A DNA stretch of 64,000 bases. It comes from Candidatus Delongbacteria bacterium (GTDB lineage Bacteria; UBA4055). The stretch's first letter is position 1. Each line of letters opens with the position of its first letter. The stretch lies in contig JAFGVM010000037.1 of assembly GCA_016937995.1 (NCBI GenBank), positions 1 through 64,000 on the forward strand. The letters are read 5' to 3'. Made by a program: the position numbers and the translations under genes. The notes beneath the pieces are model-generated. The model was not told where the DNA came from. It searched no databases and saw only the letters and a program-made list of their open reading frames with translations. Positions 1 through 10,416 of this stretch are shown in pieces.

Positions 1-143
1 AAATCCGGAAGTGATAAAATGAAGAAATATTTACTACCGCGTAACACTTGGTTACTTCTCAGGGGACAAATGTCACTAATGTAAATAGTGACATGAAGTC
101 AACTAGAAAATTTTTTTTAAGAATGAACAGACACAGATACAGA

Positions 144-1142
144 TTAGAGCTCCAACTCTAAAGTATCTTTAAAGGGAAAAGACAGCGAAAAACATGCTCC
201 GCCGAGATGTGATATCTTTATCGCAATTTCGGCGTCATGCTGCTGGGCGCATATTTTTAACGAGAGTAACCCTAAACCGTTACCATCAGTTTTTGATGTA
301 TAAAAAGGTTCGAGTATCTTTTCTTTGAGGTTGTCATCTATTCCGGGACCATTATCGTGGACTTCGAGAACAACCTTATCATCAGCTTTAGCAAGCCGAA
401 TTAATATATTCCCTGCCTCGTTTGTCGCTTCGGCAGCGTTAAGCATCAGATTCATAATAGTTCTTCCCAAGAGAACGGAGTTTACATTCAATGTCAGATC
501 GGATTGAATTTCCGTCTGAATTGTGCATTTTTTCAATTTTTTGTGAATTTTAGAGAAATTTATAATTTCCTCAACAACTGAAGATATATCTTGCAGTTCT
601 TTACCACCGGGAATATAATTTTTTCCCGCGTCCATCAATCTTTGGACAAGATCGATCAGTTTTTCTGATGCGGTTGAGATCTGTTCAAGATGTTCTATGT
701 TCCTTTTATCTGACTTCACATTCAAACTTAACAGAGATGTATTTCCCACAATAATAGACATCAGATTATTAATATCATGACAAACGGATAATGAGAATTT
801 CCCAGCCATCACAAGCCTCTCTGCCAAAATTATGCTCTTATTTTGAGAAATGATAGTATTATCCCGTATTTCGACCTTTTTTAATAACACATAAACGCAG
901 AAAAATAATATCGTTGTTGTGATAAGAACATACAATAACCCCTTTACTAGTTCGATCATAGCAAGATCTTCTACAGAACTGGAGAATAATAAAGCTATCC
1001 TGCCTGAAAACCAGATATATGCTGACACGAATACCATATACAGGATCGTTATGAATATTGAAAATCTGACAGGGTTAAGATTTGATCTCTCATCTATTCC
1101 CGTTCGATAGATAGAGTTCTTCAGGATATTGCTTGTCTTCAT
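144..1142 (-). CDS. Membrane sensor histidine kinase (2 TM, HisKA, HATPase)
   Basis: H-box VCHDINN, N-box NLMLNAAEA, G1 DNGPGI, F/G2 EPFYTSK..GNGLGL, two N-terminal hydrophobic helices. Confidence 0.9.
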   Translation of the reverse strand: MKTSNILKNSIYRTGIDERSNLNPVRFSIFITILYMVFVSAYIWFSGRIALLFSSSVEDLAMIELVKGLLYVLITTTILFFCVYVLLKKVEIRDNTIISQNKSIILAERLVMAGKFSLSVCHDINNLMSIIVGNTSLLSLNVKSDKRNIEHLEQISTASEKLIDLVQRLMDAGKNYIPGGKELQDISSVVEEIINFSKIHKKLKKCTIQTEIQSDLTLNVNSVLLGRTIMNLMLNAAEATNEAGNILIRLAKADDKVVLEVHDNGPGIDDNLKEKILEPFYTSKTDGNGLGLLSLKICAQQHDAEIAIKISHLGGACFSLSFPFKDTLELEL

Positions 1143-1220
1143 GTCAATTCCTTAATTTTATATCACAAAATGTTTATAACTCTTATTGATAATTAATAAT
1201 TAACGCCTCTAATGTCAATA

Positions 1221-1252
1221 AAAAAGGGAGCAGATTTTCTGCTCCCCTTTTT
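1221..1252. terminator. Intrinsic terminator (GGGAGCAG/CTGCTCCC stem with A and T tails)
   Basis: aaaaagggagcagattttctgctccccttttt lies just downstream of the small minus-strand ORF 1282-1446. Confidence 0.7.
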
Positions 1253-1281
1253 CTCTCTCCTCTCTTAACATAAAATATTTG

Positions 1282-1446
1282 CTAAAAGAATTTTTCAAGC
1301 TGCCTTACTACGGCAAAATTGAAATCTTGTACAACATTATTCTGAAAATTCTCCGCCTTAGTTTTTTCATCATCCGAAGATCTAAAAATAATATCTATTA
1401 TCTCCGTCTTTATTTCTAATTCGTTGATTTTCAGTTTTCTTTTCAA
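1282..1446 (-). CDS. Unannotated 54-aa small protein MKRKLKINELEIKTEIIDIIFRSSDDEKTKAENFQNNVVQDFNFAVVRQLEKFF
   Basis: AGGAG RBS before a TTG start, open frame to TAG, own promoter upstream and terminator downstream. Confidence 0.65.
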   Translation of the reverse strand: MKRKLKINELEIKTEIIDIIFRSSDDEKTKAENFQNNVVQDFNFAVVRQLEKFF

Positions 1447-1478
1447 TTTTATCACTCCTGTTTATCGCTTACATCAGT

Positions 1479-1521
1479 AATATAAACTATTGACCAGCAA
1501 AAAACTGTGTTGTATATCACA
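1479..1521 (-). promoter_or_regulatory. Class II CRP/FNR-type promoter (TGTGA-N6-ACACA centred about -41.5, -10 TATATT)
   Basis: Plus strand TGTGT-TGTATA-TCACA at 1506-1521; minus-strand TATATT at 1484-1479. Confidence 0.5.
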
Positions 1522-1531
1522 TTCAAGAAAT

Positions 1532-1575
1532 AAGTCAGATGTCAGAAGTCAGATGTCAGAAGTTAGAAGTTAGAA
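1532..1575. repeat. Heptamer tandem repeat AG(A/T)GT(C/T)A-type
   Basis: aagtcagatgtcagaagtcagatgtcagaagttagaagttagaa. Confidence 0.8.
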
Positions 1576-1636
1576 ACTGACAGGTAAAATTCTCTTACTT
1601 TATCATTGATTTCGGTAATTTATGAAAAAAGTTTTT

Positions 1637-3034
1637 TTACAGACCGGCAATTTTAATGATCTTTTTAGCAAGATCAGTATTATCATAGTAGCCGTTGAAT
1701 TCCTGATTTCCATTACCAATGGCAAAGACAGGAACCGGATAAGCTGTATGTGCAAAAGTCGGCCAGCTTATTCCGGCTTTCGTATTAAGAACCTGTATTG
1801 CAGTCATAGTAAACGGATCATAACCACCATATCTCTTATACGATTCATAGTCACCATAAGCGGATTTTCCAGTCATTGTATAATTAAATGCATTCTTCAA
1901 CTGATCATTTTCATAATCTATAAGCTCAAATTCAGGATTTAACTCCTTATCTCCCAAGCCAAAATAAAATTTGATACTATCCATAGCCATTTCATAGTTA
2001 ACTTTCTTTTCTTTTTTCCATGAAGCGACCTTATCTGAGAAAAAATCCTGTGATAACTTCTGATAATTCAATAATTTGTATGAACTTTGATATCCTGTAA
2101 GAGCATTACCCATTGCCAAACCACCTGTTTCGTGATCTGCAGTTACAATTATCAGAGTTTCCTCCGGATGCAGTTTATAAAATCTTACTGCTTCAGCGAT
2201 AGATCTATCAAATTCGATAAGGTCCTGCACCATTGATGCTCCGTCATTTCCATGTGATGCCCAGTCAATACGACCTCCTTCTACCATCATAAAAAAACCT
2301 TTGTCATTGGTCAGATGGTCGATCCCGAATTTTGTGAACTCAGAAAGTGAAATATGGTCCTCCGGTCTATCAATTTCATAATAAAGAGACTGGCTATAGT
2401 CTGTAGTATGATTGTATGCCCAGATCTTCTCTGTTCCATTGCTTGAAAGCTCATCTCTTTTCGTTATGATCTTATATCCGGCTGAAACCATTTTCTCTTT
2501 GACATCACCGGGTCCGTACTTCTCACCAACCCCTTTTGCAAAACCACCACCGAAATAATCAAAATTACTTGATGCCATTTGAACTGCTATGTCATAATAT
2601 TCACTCCTGTTCTTCTGATGGGCATAAAAACTTGCAGGTGTAGCGTGATCGATACTTACGCTCGTCACGATTCCGACCTTCATTCCTTTTTGTTTTGCCA
2701 TTTCAGCCATAGTAGGAATGCTTCGGGTATGTGAACTGTCCTGACTGATGGTTCCACAGGATGTTTTTTCTCCGGTAGCAAGAGCAGTGCCTGCAGCTGC
2801 AGAGTCTGTAATATATCTGTCCTGAGCAAAAGTCGATATTGCACCGTTTGTAGGGAATTGAAGCATGGTCAACCTGTGATCAGTTACAGCATCAGTCAGT
2901 GCGACATGTGATAATCCCATTCCATCACCTATGAAAAGGAAAATATATTTAGGGGTATTCTTCGTCTGTTTTACACTACAACTGTTGTAAACCATTAATG
3001 TAAGGAATAATATCAAAGTGATGATCTTTTTCAA
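1637..3034 (-). CDS. phoA: Alkaline phosphatase (lipoprotein)
   Basis: FIGDGMG, catalytic TDSAAAGTALATG, HATPA, VEGGRIDWASHGND, TADHETGG motifs. Confidence 0.93.
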   Translation of the reverse strand: MKKIITLILFLTLMVYNSCSVKQTKNTPKYIFLFIGDGMGLSHVALTDAVTDHRLTMLQFPTNGAISTFAQDRYITDSAAAGTALATGEKTSCGTISQDSSHTRSIPTMAEMAKQKGMKVGIVTSVSIDHATPASFYAHQKNRSEYYDIAVQMASSNFDYFGGGFAKGVGEKYGPGDVKEKMVSAGYKIITKRDELSSNGTEKIWAYNHTTDYSQSLYYEIDRPEDHISLSEFTKFGIDHLTNDKGFFMMVEGGRIDWASHGNDGASMVQDLIEFDRSIAEAVRFYKLHPEETLIIVTADHETGGLAMGNALTGYQSSYKLLNYQKLSQDFFSDKVASWKKEKKVNYEMAMDSIKFYFGLGDKELNPEFELIDYENDQLKNAFNYTMTGKSAYGDYESYKRYGGYDPFTMTAIQVLNTKAGISWPTFAHTAYPVPVFAIGNGNQEFNGYYDNTDLAKKIIKIAGL

Positions 3035-3174
3035 AGTACTCTCCGTTTATCTTAATTTCTACTGACTGAAATATATCTCATGAACTGATAAAATCCTATA
3101 CTGGTTTTTATCTTATCTGAAAAAAAATATAATTCCCTGTTACAAATTCAAGTTAGATGATTTATATTGTGAAC

Positions 3175-4230
3175 ATGGCAAAAACAAGCACTAATATTGA
3201 TCCTTCTAAACATACGATCTACTTATTAACAGGAGAAGATCGGTATTCTATTGAACAAAAAGTCGTTGAAATAATATCTCACTATATGGATGAAGATCTC
3301 AAAGACTTCAACTTCAATCATTTCAATGAGGAAAATGTTTCTCCTGAGAGTATCAGTCTCGCTCTATTTTCTCTACCTGTTATGGCTGATAAAAGGGTCG
3401 TTTACATTTCTGATATTGACAAGGCAAATTCTGAGGTGACCGACCTGCTTCTAAAGTTCCTGCAAAAAAACATAGATACAACTATCCTGATCCTTACCGG
3501 TGTTAAACCTGACAAGAGAAAAGTATTTTTTAAAGAAATTACCAAGAATCCAAATAGTTTTTCTCAGGAATTCAAACAGAAGAATGAAAAAGAGATAATG
3601 CAATGGATGAGCAATTATATTTCTTCCAAAGGAATGAAGATCAGTCATAAAGGGCTCATGCTTCTCTCAATAAGCATTTCTGCACAATTGTCAAATATCG
3701 CTTCTGAGATCGATAAACTTATCGAATATACATCCGGATCCGAGATCACTGAGGACACTATTGAGGATGTTCTGGGTATTTCTAAGGAATTCAACATATT
3801 TAAATTACAGACAAGTGTAGTTGAAAAAAAACTTTCTGTAGCTTTGAACATCTGTGATAATATTATTCGTTCAAAGAGTTCTAATAAAATGGACCCTATC
3901 GGAATAAATCTATTTCTTTCAAGAATATTCATCTCGGCTTTTGAGATCAGCTATGTTGCATTAACCAACAGGATATCCATTGATTCGGCAGCTAAAAAAC
4001 AGGGATATAATAATCCATGGAGAGATGCAGATACAATTACATGTGCTAAAAATTATAAAGCTGCTGAACTTATTAGAATACTGAGATATCTCCTGGAATG
4101 CGATATCAAACTTAAATCAAGTTATCAGGATCCAAAAACAGCTGTTTTTGTTCTTCTTGAAAAAGTGATTAAACATGGTGAAGATAAAGAATGTGAATAT
4201 TTGGAATATTTTGATACTCTGAGAGCATAA
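3175..4230 (+). CDS. holA: DNA polymerase III delta subunit
   Basis: IYLLTGED..., DFNFNHF, SLPVMADKRVV, ASEIDKL, FNIFKL, CDIKLKS pattern; ATG at 3175 preferred over 3157. Confidence 0.85.
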   Translation: MAKTSTNIDPSKHTIYLLTGEDRYSIEQKVVEIISHYMDEDLKDFNFNHFNEENVSPESISLALFSLPVMADKRVVYISDIDKANSEVTDLLLKFLQKNIDTTILILTGVKPDKRKVFFKEITKNPNSFSQEFKQKNEKEIMQWMSNYISSKGMKISHKGLMLLSISISAQLSNIASEIDKLIEYTSGSEITEDTIEDVLGISKEFNIFKLQTSVVEKKLSVALNICDNIIRSKSSNKMDPIGINLFLSRIFISAFEISYVALTNRISIDSAAKKQGYNNPWRDADTITCAKNYKAAELIRILRYLLECDIKLKSSYQDPKTAVFVLLEKVIKHGEDKECEYLEYFDTLRA

Positions 4231-4231
4231 T

Positions 4232-4612
4232 CTATTGATCAAATTTCCCTTCGATGATGAACTTACCGGTATCAGTAACCGTTAAGCTCCTAAAAACACT
4301 AATACCCTTTAAAACCATCATGCTAAGGGTATCGTCCTGAAAATTTGTCAGCTTCATGTAAAAAGAGTCTGCCTCGGTCACATTCATTACAAGTGAATCA
4401 GAAATATATTTATCTGTCAAGGAGTCAATACTTAAGGTCCCGTAAGTACTGTTCACATAGAATTCCAATGAATACAGTGATAAAGAATCAGCTTCAACAG
4501 CATAATATATCTTGAAAGTATCAGATGTTTCCCCTGAGTAATCAGAATCACAGGATATGTAGGTAAAGGATATCAACATCAGTAAGACTAAAGTAGCGTA
4601 TTTCATTTTCAA
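4232..4612 (-). CDS. Hypothetical lipoprotein
   Basis: Signal peptide ending YISC; GGAG RBS. Confidence 0.6.
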   Translation of the reverse strand: MKMKYATLVLLMLISFTYISCDSDYSGETSDTFKIYYAVEADSLSLYSLEFYVNSTYGTLSIDSLTDKYISDSLVMNVTEADSFYMKLTNFQDDTLSMMVLKGISVFRSLTVTDTGKFIIEGKFDQ

Positions 4613-4729
4613 CTCCTTTTAGTTTTGTCAAAAACAATATAACAATAAAAACAAATTCATCAAAATTATATTTGCATTATTAATGTAAAGTAAGTTATTT
4701 TACTCAGTACAAAATAATTGAGTGGTTAT

Positions 4730-5179
4730 ATGAAATGTCCAAAATGTTCCAAGTCAGAAAATAAAGTCATCGATTCAAGGATCGTAAGAGATGATACAGC
4801 GATACGTAGAAGAAGAGAATGTACCGAATGCGGCAATAGATTTACGACCTATGAATATATTGAGAAAGCTGAGGTCCTTGTTGAAAAAAATAACGGAACG
4901 ATAGAGGAATATGACAGACAGAAAATAAAAAAGGGTATTTCCCTTGCATGTATGAAAAGGCATATAACTCCTGAACAAATTGACAACATGGTAGATGATA
5001 TATACAATTCGATAACAAGTAATTATTCAGGAAATATTAAATCAGCTGTGATCGGTGAACTTGTAATAGAGAAACTGAAAGAAACTGATGAGGTCGCCTA
5101 CATTCGCTTCGCTTCAGTTTATCGTAAATTCAAAGATGTGAAGGAGTTCATGAAAGAACTGCAAAATATCATAAAATGA
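4730..5179 (+). CDS. nrdR: Transcriptional repressor NrdR
   Basis: MKCPKC..KVIDSR..IRRRRECTECGNRFTTYE, ATP cone, DEVAYIRFASVY. Confidence 0.97.
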   Translation: MKCPKCSKSENKVIDSRIVRDDTAIRRRRECTECGNRFTTYEYIEKAEVLVEKNNGTIEEYDRQKIKKGISLACMKRHITPEQIDNMVDDIYNSITSNYSGNIKSAVIGELVIEKLKETDEVAYIRFASVYRKFKDVKEFMKELQNIIK

Positions 5180-5883
5180 TCCCACCGGGATATAACATCT
5201 TAAAACGTAGATATCAACTACGAACCCACTCTAATATTATGAAAACTTTCTTTAAAAACATCTTATCCTCTTTGTCTTCCTTTTTATTTCCGGCATCTTG
5301 CCTTATATGTGAAGAGTATCTGCATGATGAACTTTTTGTATGCAGATCCTGCCTATCGAATTTAAAACTTCACAAGAATACTGAACCGGAATATATCGCA
5401 GTTTTTCAATATGATGATAAAATAAAAAAATTGATATTTGAACTTAAATACAATTCTAAACCGGAGATCGGTGAAATATTAGGTAAAGAGGCTGCAAAAC
5501 ATATTTCAGATCTTTTCCAGAACAGTAATTCTATATTATTTCCTGTTCCTTTACATAAAAAAAGGATCAAAAAAAGAGGATATAACCAGAGTCTTTATAT
5601 AGCAAAAGGATTCTCGCAGACCCTTAAATTACCGATATATGAAGATATGATAGTGAGAAGTAAAAATAATGTTTCCCAGACTACAGTTAAAAGTTCGAAC
5701 AGAAAAAGTAATGTCAGTGGTATATTTAGGATCAATACATCATCGATTGATAAAAATATTTTATTTATTGTTGTGGACGATCTGATCACAACACAGGCAA
5801 CGACAAAAGAGATATATAGAATTTTAAAAGAGAACGGGTATAACAATTACTTCGGACTGTGTATAGCTACATCGGGCAGCTAG
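5176..5883 (+). CDS. comF: ComF family protein (double zinc ribbon plus PRTase)
   Basis: FPASCLIC..CRSC, PVPLHKKR..RGYNQS, VVDDLITTQAT; real start may be 5239. Confidence 0.85.
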   Translation: MIPPGYNILKRRYQLRTHSNIMKTFFKNILSSLSSFLFPASCLICEEYLHDELFVCRSCLSNLKLHKNTEPEYIAVFQYDDKIKKLIFELKYNSKPEIGEILGKEAAKHISDLFQNSNSILFPVPLHKKRIKKRGYNQSLYIAKGFSQTLKLPIYEDMIVRSKNNVSQTTVKSSNRKSNVSGIFRINTSSIDKNILFIVVDDLITTQATTKEIYRILKENGYNNYFGLCIATSGS

Positions 5884-7361
5884 AACCTATAAGAATATCT
5901 CACGTGGACCATTGATCCTGAAAAACCTTTATCCCCGGGTATCCCGATAGTGAATTGAACCTCGTTCGAACTTTTTACATAAGAAAGTATTACTCCATAA
6001 CCGTATTTTACTGAAAGATCATTTAGTTTTTTTATTTTACCCTGATCAGAATTATAACCTGCGATATCCAAAAATGAACCGAAAGCAAGATCACTTAGAG
6101 GAGAATAAATCACCTCAATTTCAGAGATCAGTTTTATATCAGTTAAAAAACTTTCGTCACTGTATCCTCTTAATCCGTATACACCACCGAATACGATCTT
6201 ATTGAAATTATCAATCTTATCCGAGCTTAAGATCTGCTCATACACACTGTTACTTATAATATATATACCATTGAAATTATTAAATACCTTTTTGAACTTC
6301 AATTCAACTTCAACAGCTGAATAGGTAGAATCGTTCTCTATAAATTCTGTATTCACACTGCTGAAACCTGCAGATATTGAATATCCCCCATATCTTGGGA
6401 TTATCATTTCATCATACAATGTCGAGTATTCAAGTCCACCTTTATAGGTATTAGTAACCACATCTGAAATTATCTCGGTATTTGCTGAATCGGGATAAAT
6501 ATTTTCATGATTGTAGCTGACAACTATATCTGTCTCGGGATCAATGCTCCAGTCAGAGTATATCTCATAATTCCTTCTAAGAAAAAGCAGATTTTTATTT
6601 TCCTGCTCAAAAGTAATTCTATTGGAGACCGGTAAAGAAAAAGTGAATGGTTCACGATACATAAAATGAAATTTTTCATTATTGTTTGCTTTCTTTGTCC
6701 ATTCGATACCGGCTTTTCTATTTGTGCCCAATATGTTATCTGCTGTAAACTGACCACTACCGTAAAATTCAGAACTTTCATCCGAATTATTTACTCCGCC
6801 AATGAACATTCCTTTGAAATATTTTTTTTCTTTTAAAACTATTTTTAATCCCGTTTTATTATTTTTACTCACTAAAGAATATTCCGGCTTCGAGTAGAAC
6901 AACCTAGTTTTATACAGATAATTTATTGCATTTTTAACTTCATTTTCATTGAACTTTGAATTCAGTATCAATCTTGATTCTTTGATCAGGTAATTTGCAT
7001 CACAGATATTGTTACCGTCAAATTCGATAAAGGATATCCTGACATACTCACCTGAATTTATTTCTAATTCACAAACTGTATTTCCATCATACTCCTTAAC
7101 ATCTTTGATCTTTACTTCACACAAAGGGAACCCTGATCTTGAATAATGATCAAGAATCCTTTGTATTGTTGTTTCTATATTTTCCTTGTCGGTATAATTA
7201 CTCCTATTTGACAGCTCAACCTGCTCTAGAACAGTATTGAGAGGAAAATACATTTTCCCGGTGAATTTATAGCTTATTGACGTTGAATAAATAGTATTTG
7301 ATAAAATAAATAAGAGTAAAACTACAAAAAATTGCGATTTAAAGATAAATTTAATTCTCAA
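5880..7361 (-). CDS. BamA/TamA (Omp85) family outer-membrane protein with POTRA domain
   Basis: Signal peptide, POTRA-like IEFDGN, NILGTNR, GGVYGLRGYS, C-terminal YSYRF. Confidence 0.7.
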   Translation of the reverse strand: MRIKFIFKSQFFVVLLLFILSNTIYSTSISYKFTGKMYFPLNTVLEQVELSNRSNYTDKENIETTIQRILDHYSRSGFPLCEVKIKDVKEYDGNTVCELEINSGEYVRISFIEFDGNNICDANYLIKESRLILNSKFNENEVKNAINYLYKTRLFYSKPEYSLVSKNNKTGLKIVLKEKKYFKGMFIGGVNNSDESSEFYGSGQFTADNILGTNRKAGIEWTKKANNNEKFHFMYREPFTFSLPVSNRITFEQENKNLLFLRRNYEIYSDWSIDPETDIVVSYNHENIYPDSANTEIISDVVTNTYKGGLEYSTLYDEMIIPRYGGYSISAGFSSVNTEFIENDSTYSAVEVELKFKKVFNNFNGIYIISNSVYEQILSSDKIDNFNKIVFGGVYGLRGYSDESFLTDIKLISEIEVIYSPLSDLAFGSFLDIAGYNSDQGKIKKLNDLSVKYGYGVILSYVKSSNEVQFTIGIPGDKGFSGSMVHVRYSYRF

Positions 7362-7365
7362 TTTT

Positions 7366-8442
7366 TTAGTTCTCCATTATTAATTTGATGATATTTCCTA
7401 TATCATTTACTTTCTGCTTTGGTATTTCATCATATTTTTGCGCTTCATGAATATCAGTCTTTAAATTAAGGTCTTTCTGTGTCACATAATGAAATAATTT
7501 ATTTTTTTTGTAATATCTTGCCAAATATTCCTGCTCTGTCTGACCCGGTGTTGGAATAAATAATGCTTTTTTGCCCATTGCTGCTATTTCCATTACTGTT
7601 GAGTATCCCGGTCTTGATATTATCATTCCGGCACCTTTTATCATCCCGGAAATTTTATTTCTTGGTAAATGTGAGTAGTATTCAATATCATTATTCGACT
7701 CATAACTGTTTATTTCTGTTTTACCGAGTATAACTGTTTTTTTACCTTCGATATGTTTTATCTGTTCACTTATTATTTTCTCAAAGTTTGTTCTCTGTGG
7801 TTCAGGACCTGATATCAAAACTAAATAATCTGAAGATAAGCTTTCACAGTTCATTGTATCGGACAACAAACCGATATATTCAAGTTTTGATCTGTCGATC
7901 AGTGAAAATTCATGTGACAATTCTCCTGAAAAATTCGGTTCACCTTCAAGATCAGGGATAAGGATCTTCTTGAATTTACTAAAATAGAATTTATTGAAAT
8001 ACTCTGATAAAAATTCAAACCATTTTAATACTGCAGGCAGCTTAAATTTTAACTGATGTGTAATCAAATAAGAAGGAATCCCTTTTGAATATACTCCGTA
8101 CCTGTTATCTGAAATTATTATATCAATATTTTTTTCTTTAACTAATCTGTCTGTGAATGAGTTTTCTTTCCATAGACCCAACAATATTTTTGGTAATTGA
8201 AAGGCTAAGGACAGGAATAAAAAATTTGCATTATTAACATATTTTATAGAATAGTCAGGATAATCAATTACTTCTATCTCAGGAAATTCCGACTTCAATA
8301 ACATTAATGATCTGCCTGTGGAAAGAATGACAACCTCATTGTTCTTTATCAATTCCCTTATTATCGGTAATGATCTTGTAGAGTGCCCAAGACCCCAATT
8401 TAATACAGCATATAGTATTTTTTTTCTCAAATCTTTCCCCAT
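7366..8442 (-). CDS. GT-B glycosyltransferase (GT28-like)
   Basis: LNWGLGHSTR, ISRPGYSTVME, IPTPGQTEQEYLA. Confidence 0.85.
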   Translation of the reverse strand: MGKDLRKKILYAVLNWGLGHSTRSLPIIRELIKNNEVVILSTGRSLMLLKSEFPEIEVIDYPDYSIKYVNNANFLFLSLAFQLPKILLGLWKENSFTDRLVKEKNIDIIISDNRYGVYSKGIPSYLITHQLKFKLPAVLKWFEFLSEYFNKFYFSKFKKILIPDLEGEPNFSGELSHEFSLIDRSKLEYIGLLSDTMNCESLSSDYLVLISGPEPQRTNFEKIISEQIKHIEGKKTVILGKTEINSYESNNDIEYYSHLPRNKISGMIKGAGMIISRPGYSTVMEIAAMGKKALFIPTPGQTEQEYLARYYKKNKLFHYVTQKDLNLKTDIHEAQKYDEIPKQKVNDIGNIIKLIMEN

Positions 8443-8477
8443 GAATTAGTCCTGTACATGAAATTACAAAAATAAAC

Positions 8478-8506
8478 TTGACTTCACAAACTAAAAATCT
8501 TATATT
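8478..8506 (+). promoter_or_regulatory. sigma70 promoter of the tRNA
   Basis: TTGACT-N17-TATATT, 12 nt upstream of the tRNA. Confidence 0.75.
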
Positions 8507-8518
8507 TGGAACTCATAT

Positions 8519-8592
<74 letters not shown>

Positions 8593-8597
8593 CAAAG

Positions 8598-8628
8598 AAA
8601 AAAAAGAGACATGAATGTCTCTTTTTTT
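8598..8628. terminator. Bidirectional intrinsic terminator
   Basis: A8-GAGACA-TGAA-TGTCTC-T7 between the convergent tRNA and YgiQ-like gene. Confidence 0.75.
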
Positions 8629-8646
8629 ACCCTTACTTATTGCTTA

Positions 8647-10416
8647 TCACTTATTTTTCAGTATCTTATTTATATCTTTTTTTCTGTCAAGCTCATGAAG
8701 TATCCTGTGAACAGTTTTAAAATTTGAACTGCTCTTGTAATTATACAAAGCCACCATATTTTTCTTCTCACTGATCTTTTTGTTGACTTCTACTTCACCC
8801 CGTTCAAAAGGATCTTTACCAGTGAAATAATGGCATGCTGAAATTGTCATTGGCAACGGCAGAAATGGAGTGATCTGATTAATTGAAAGATCAAATTTTA
8901 TCAGTTCAAGAACATTATCTACAGTATCGTTATAATTCTCTCCAGGATGTCCTGCGAGTACATTGACCTTTAGTTCATGCTTCTTAGAATACTCTCCCAC
9001 CCGTTTTAAAAAGCTTTCAATGAACTCAACAGTTGCCTCATACTTCTGCTGTCCGGTCAAGTCATTGATCCTATCTTTTGAATTGAACAAATTCACTATA
9101 CCGTAAGTATTAACTCTTTTCATAACATACTCTTTGAAAGCATCATTGTCGCTGAGTAATAAAGCTACATCCACATCAGATGCATAAAAATTATTTCTTA
9201 TATTTTTCAGAATATCAACTTCCTTCGATATTTCGATCATTGAATTAGTACCTTTTGAAAGGTTTGAACATACCGTCGGTATTATACATGATAGTCTGTC
9301 ACATTTTTTACATTTTGATTCTGATCTTAAGCTTATTCCAAAGTAATTTGATCTTATACCGTAAAAATTGTTTACCATCTTATTAAAAACCTTGGTATTA
9401 GTGAAATAAATTATGTTACGTAAAATTGAACTTTTGGATCTGGATGAAATAAATCTTCCCTGAGTAAATATGTCCTGTGTGTAAGATAAACTGTTAATAG
9501 TTCCCCTGTGCGTGGGTATCTGATCTTTCATCCTGTTATATGCGGGAATATCCTCTTTATATTTTGGATGAGGTTTTAAAGTAAAACTTGTACTGTAAAT
9601 TGAGTCGATATCATTAGTTTCTAGAGGATATCCTGGTCTGTTGATTACAAGATAACGGTTCAGAACCCGTTGAACCAGTATTTCTGAATTATACGGGTTT
9701 TGATTTGAATGCAGTATTTTTTCGTGCTCAATGAATACGTCTTTATTTTTTTCAACTTCAAGAAATTCAGGAAGCATTCTGAATTTCTTTTTTTGAGGTG
9801 GTTCGTTAGAAATATATGCGATGCCGTCAAGAGAATGTAAATTTTTAAATTCTTTAGAGATCTTTATCTGGTCTGCTAAACTAACAAGATTATATTCCAT
9901 ATTTCCGTACAATAAGACATCTGCTTTTGAGTCAAAAAGTACTGGTTTTCTGATCTTGTCAGACCAAAAATCGTAATGGGCAGCCATTCTGCCTGCAGCC
10001 TCAACTCCTCCTACCACTATTTTTGAGTTCTTGTACATTTCCTTGATCTTGTTACAGTATCTTATCAATGCTCTGTCAGGCCTATTTATCTTTTTATTCC
10101 CGGGTAAATACTGATCTGATGTCTTAAGTTTCATATAAGGTGTATAATTGGATACCATTGAATCTTCTTCACCTGTTATTACCAGAAAAAACAATCTCGG
10201 TTTACCAAGTATTTTCCAATCCTCATCCTCATTAACCCTGGGCATATCGAGAACAGCGACTTTATAACCGTTCTTATCTAGAAATTTCCCGCAGACCGCT
10301 ACAGAAAAATTTGGATGATCAACATAAGCATCTCCTGTCACTATGATAATATCAGCCTGTTTCCATCCCAGCTTTTTAAATTCATTCGAATTATTCGGTA
10401 AAAATCCTTTTAACAT
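8647..10416 (-). CDS. YgiQ-family radical SAM-like protein lacking the CxxxCxxC motif
   Basis: IIIVTGDAYVDHPNF, DSMVSNYT, RPDRALIRYC, GGVEA..AHYDFWSDKIR, DSKADVLLYG; HRGTINSLSYT sits where HRGCxxxCxFC is expected. Confidence 0.8.
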   Translation of the reverse strand: MLKGFLPNNSNEFKKLGWKQADIIIVTGDAYVDHPNFSVAVCGKFLDKNGYKVAVLDMPRVNEDEDWKILGKPRLFFLVITGEEDSMVSNYTPYMKLKTSDQYLPGNKKINRPDRALIRYCNKIKEMYKNSKIVVGGVEAAGRMAAHYDFWSDKIRKPVLFDSKADVLLYGNMEYNLVSLADQIKISKEFKNLHSLDGIAYISNEPPQKKKFRMLPEFLEVEKNKDVFIEHEKILHSNQNPYNSEILVQRVLNRYLVINRPGYPLETNDIDSIYSTSFTLKPHPKYKEDIPAYNRMKDQIPTHRGTINSLSYTQDIFTQGRFISSRSKSSILRNIIYFTNTKVFNKMVNNFYGIRSNYFGISLRSESKCKKCDRLSCIIPTVCSNLSKGTNSMIEISKEVDILKNIRNNFYASDVDVALLLSDNDAFKEYVMKRVNTYGIVNLFNSKDRINDLTGQQKYEATVEFIESFLKRVGEYSKKHELKVNVLAGHPGENYNDTVDNVLELIKFDLSINQITPFLPLPMTISACHYFTGKDPFERGEVEVNKKISEKKNMVALYNYKSSSNFKTVHRILHELDRKKDINKILKNK

